The notes beneath the pieces were generated by a model. It had not been told where the DNA came from. It ran no database searches and worked only from the letters and a program-made list of their open reading frames with translations. The position numbers and the translations under genes were made by a program. From Squalus acanthias (Eukaryota), in the NCBI GenBank assembly GCA_030390025.1, contig JASTWF010000353.1, positions 478,118-498,117 of the forward strand: a stretch of DNA of 20,000 nucleotides, in the 5' to 3' direction. This document shows positions 18,311 to 20,000 of the stretch, piece after piece. Numbering within the stretch: position 1 is the stretch's first letter; each line of letters starts with the position of its first letter.

Positions 18311-20000
18311 TGTAAGGGATTCTCCTGACCCTGCGTGTCTCGTAGCCTGTGAGATTCACGCGGCTCTGTGCAGCCTGTATGTCAGTGCGGGTCTAGGCCT
18401 GGTTGCCTGTTCTGGTCTCCAGCCAGTCTGGGAACACTAGACACACCTGTGAGTGGTTCGAATCACTCTCCCTTACGGTTCTAGACACTGGACTTAGATG
18501 CGAGAGCAGTAATGGAGATAAAACTCATGTAGACTTGGTTTGAATGGTACGAAATGGAAAATCTTTATTGCATGATACTTAAAATTATGAAATACATGTC
18601 ATACGCACAGATTAATGACAGTACAATCTTACAAACGGTTATAATCAATCTTAGGGAAACGAGGAACGAACGGCACAACGTAAATAGGGCACACATTACA
18701 AATATCCTTAATCTTTACACCCTCCCCTATCAATATCTATCCTAAACTAGCTTCGTAGGATCTCGAGACTCATGCTCACCACTCGTAATAACTCGGAGAA
18801 ATTCCGAATAGCTGATCGGATGTTTTTCACCGCAGCACCCACGTGTCGGTCAGGAGATCTCCTGGTCCCACTTGTTTACTGGCTTCTGCTGCTCGGGCTA
18901 GTAGGCTGGACCGTCTGCTGTAGTGAAGACCTCTGTTGGTGGACTTCACAGTTTAGTCGAGGAGCACCGTTGTCAATATCATTGATACGATGTGTTTGCA
19001 CAGTCCAGTTATCATTGATGCAATATGTTTTGTTAGAAGTTTAAAGAGGAAAACTTCCTGGCGAGAAAACTTGGCTGATCGACCTACAGGCGCGGTCGGG
19101 ATTTGCTGACCGTGGCGATGGATATGGTCTTCTTCTCTTCTCCTCTCATCTCATCTCATCTCATCTCATCTCGGGCCTTTGGTTCCGCTGCCAGTTACCA
19201 ACATAGGTCTTCGTTACGCGACACGAGGTAGATCCGAACGGATCAGAAAGTTCAACAGTCTTTCAGAAGAGGCAACAGGCACGCAGAAGCCCAACTACGA
19301 GCACACAGGAGCAGCCACGAGGTTACGAATCGACCGGATAAAACACAGGAGCAGCCACGATGATAAAAGCAGCAAGCGAGCAAGAGGCAAGAGAGAGAAT
19401 GGACGGTTTGGAGCCTGCAATTATAGTGCAAAAATCTTCCGTTTCCCGCCCAACTATAATGTCCATTCTTTTGTTTAGGGTTTGGCGCCCAAATGTCTTG
19501 TATGGGTGATCTCCGTCCTTAATGGGTTTCGGGGCTACTCATGAATGTTTGAGTACCTGTTAATATTTCTCCCATTGTTAAATCGGTCGGTGTTCTCCCT
19601 GGAGGGGTTTGGGGCTTCCAAGTGTCCTGTATAACTACCTGCTAACGGCTCTCTCATCGTAGAGCCGTTGGGTGTTTACATATTAATGTCCTTTGGATGG
19701 GCCCTTAAGTACTTGGTACAATGGCTTTCCTTTGTACCTGGGAGACCGATTCCAGTATCTATGTTTATACTGTAAACCCATAATGTCTCGTGTATTATTT
19801 TCACTGTGCTGAATCGTTATCGATCTTGCAAAAATGTTTAATGGAACGCCATCTTGTCTGCCTGTTGAAAAGTCTAGAATGTTCTGTCACGAGGTGCGGC
19901 GGCCATTTTACAGGCTGCTTGTGTCCAATTTAAACCTGACAGCATTCTGCTGAAATAAAAGCTGTTTGAACGAAACTTCGTGTTTTCTCCTTATTAATCA
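18311..20000 (-). repeat. 5' LTR (truncated by the window; predicted end about 20025)
   Basis: Matches 5526-7216. By eye I found only a 1-nt T-run indel (~19261) and one A/G substitution (6915 vs 19699). Confidence 0.97.

Larger units (their letters stand above)
5526..20000 (-). mobile_element. Endogenous retrovirus-like provirus, LTR-gag-pol-env-LTR (lokiretrovirus-like by inference), about 14.5 kb including the nested solo LTR
   Basis: Two direct ~1.7-kb LTRs with TG..CA ends, PBS next to one and PPT next to the other, and gag, pol and env ORFs all on the minus strand. The lineage assignment is less certain than the ERV call. Confidence 0.95.

Overview
Eukaryotic, probably vertebrate, DNA; the host cannot be identified from sequence. 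Bases 1-5525 are a 49-bp C-rich tandem satellite with higher-order structure. Inserted into it at 5526 is a very young, near-complete endogenous retrovirus-like provirus on the minus strand. Its order is 5' LTR (18311 to the window edge, predicted end about 20025), tRNA-Arg PBS, gag, a single UGA, pol (PR-RT-degenerate RNase H-second RNase H-IN-long tail), env, PPT and 3' LTR (5526-7241). The foamy-like RT, double RNase H, CCHC Gag and F-protein-like Env best fit a lokiretrovirus-like lineage (inference, no search run). Env carries an apparent Ig-like domain and is split by an inverted solo LTR of a sister variant (9285-10926, GGGT target-site duplication); removing it restores the reading frame exactly. 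Gag and the env start each appear to carry a 1-nt frameshift, which may be a mutation or an assembly error.
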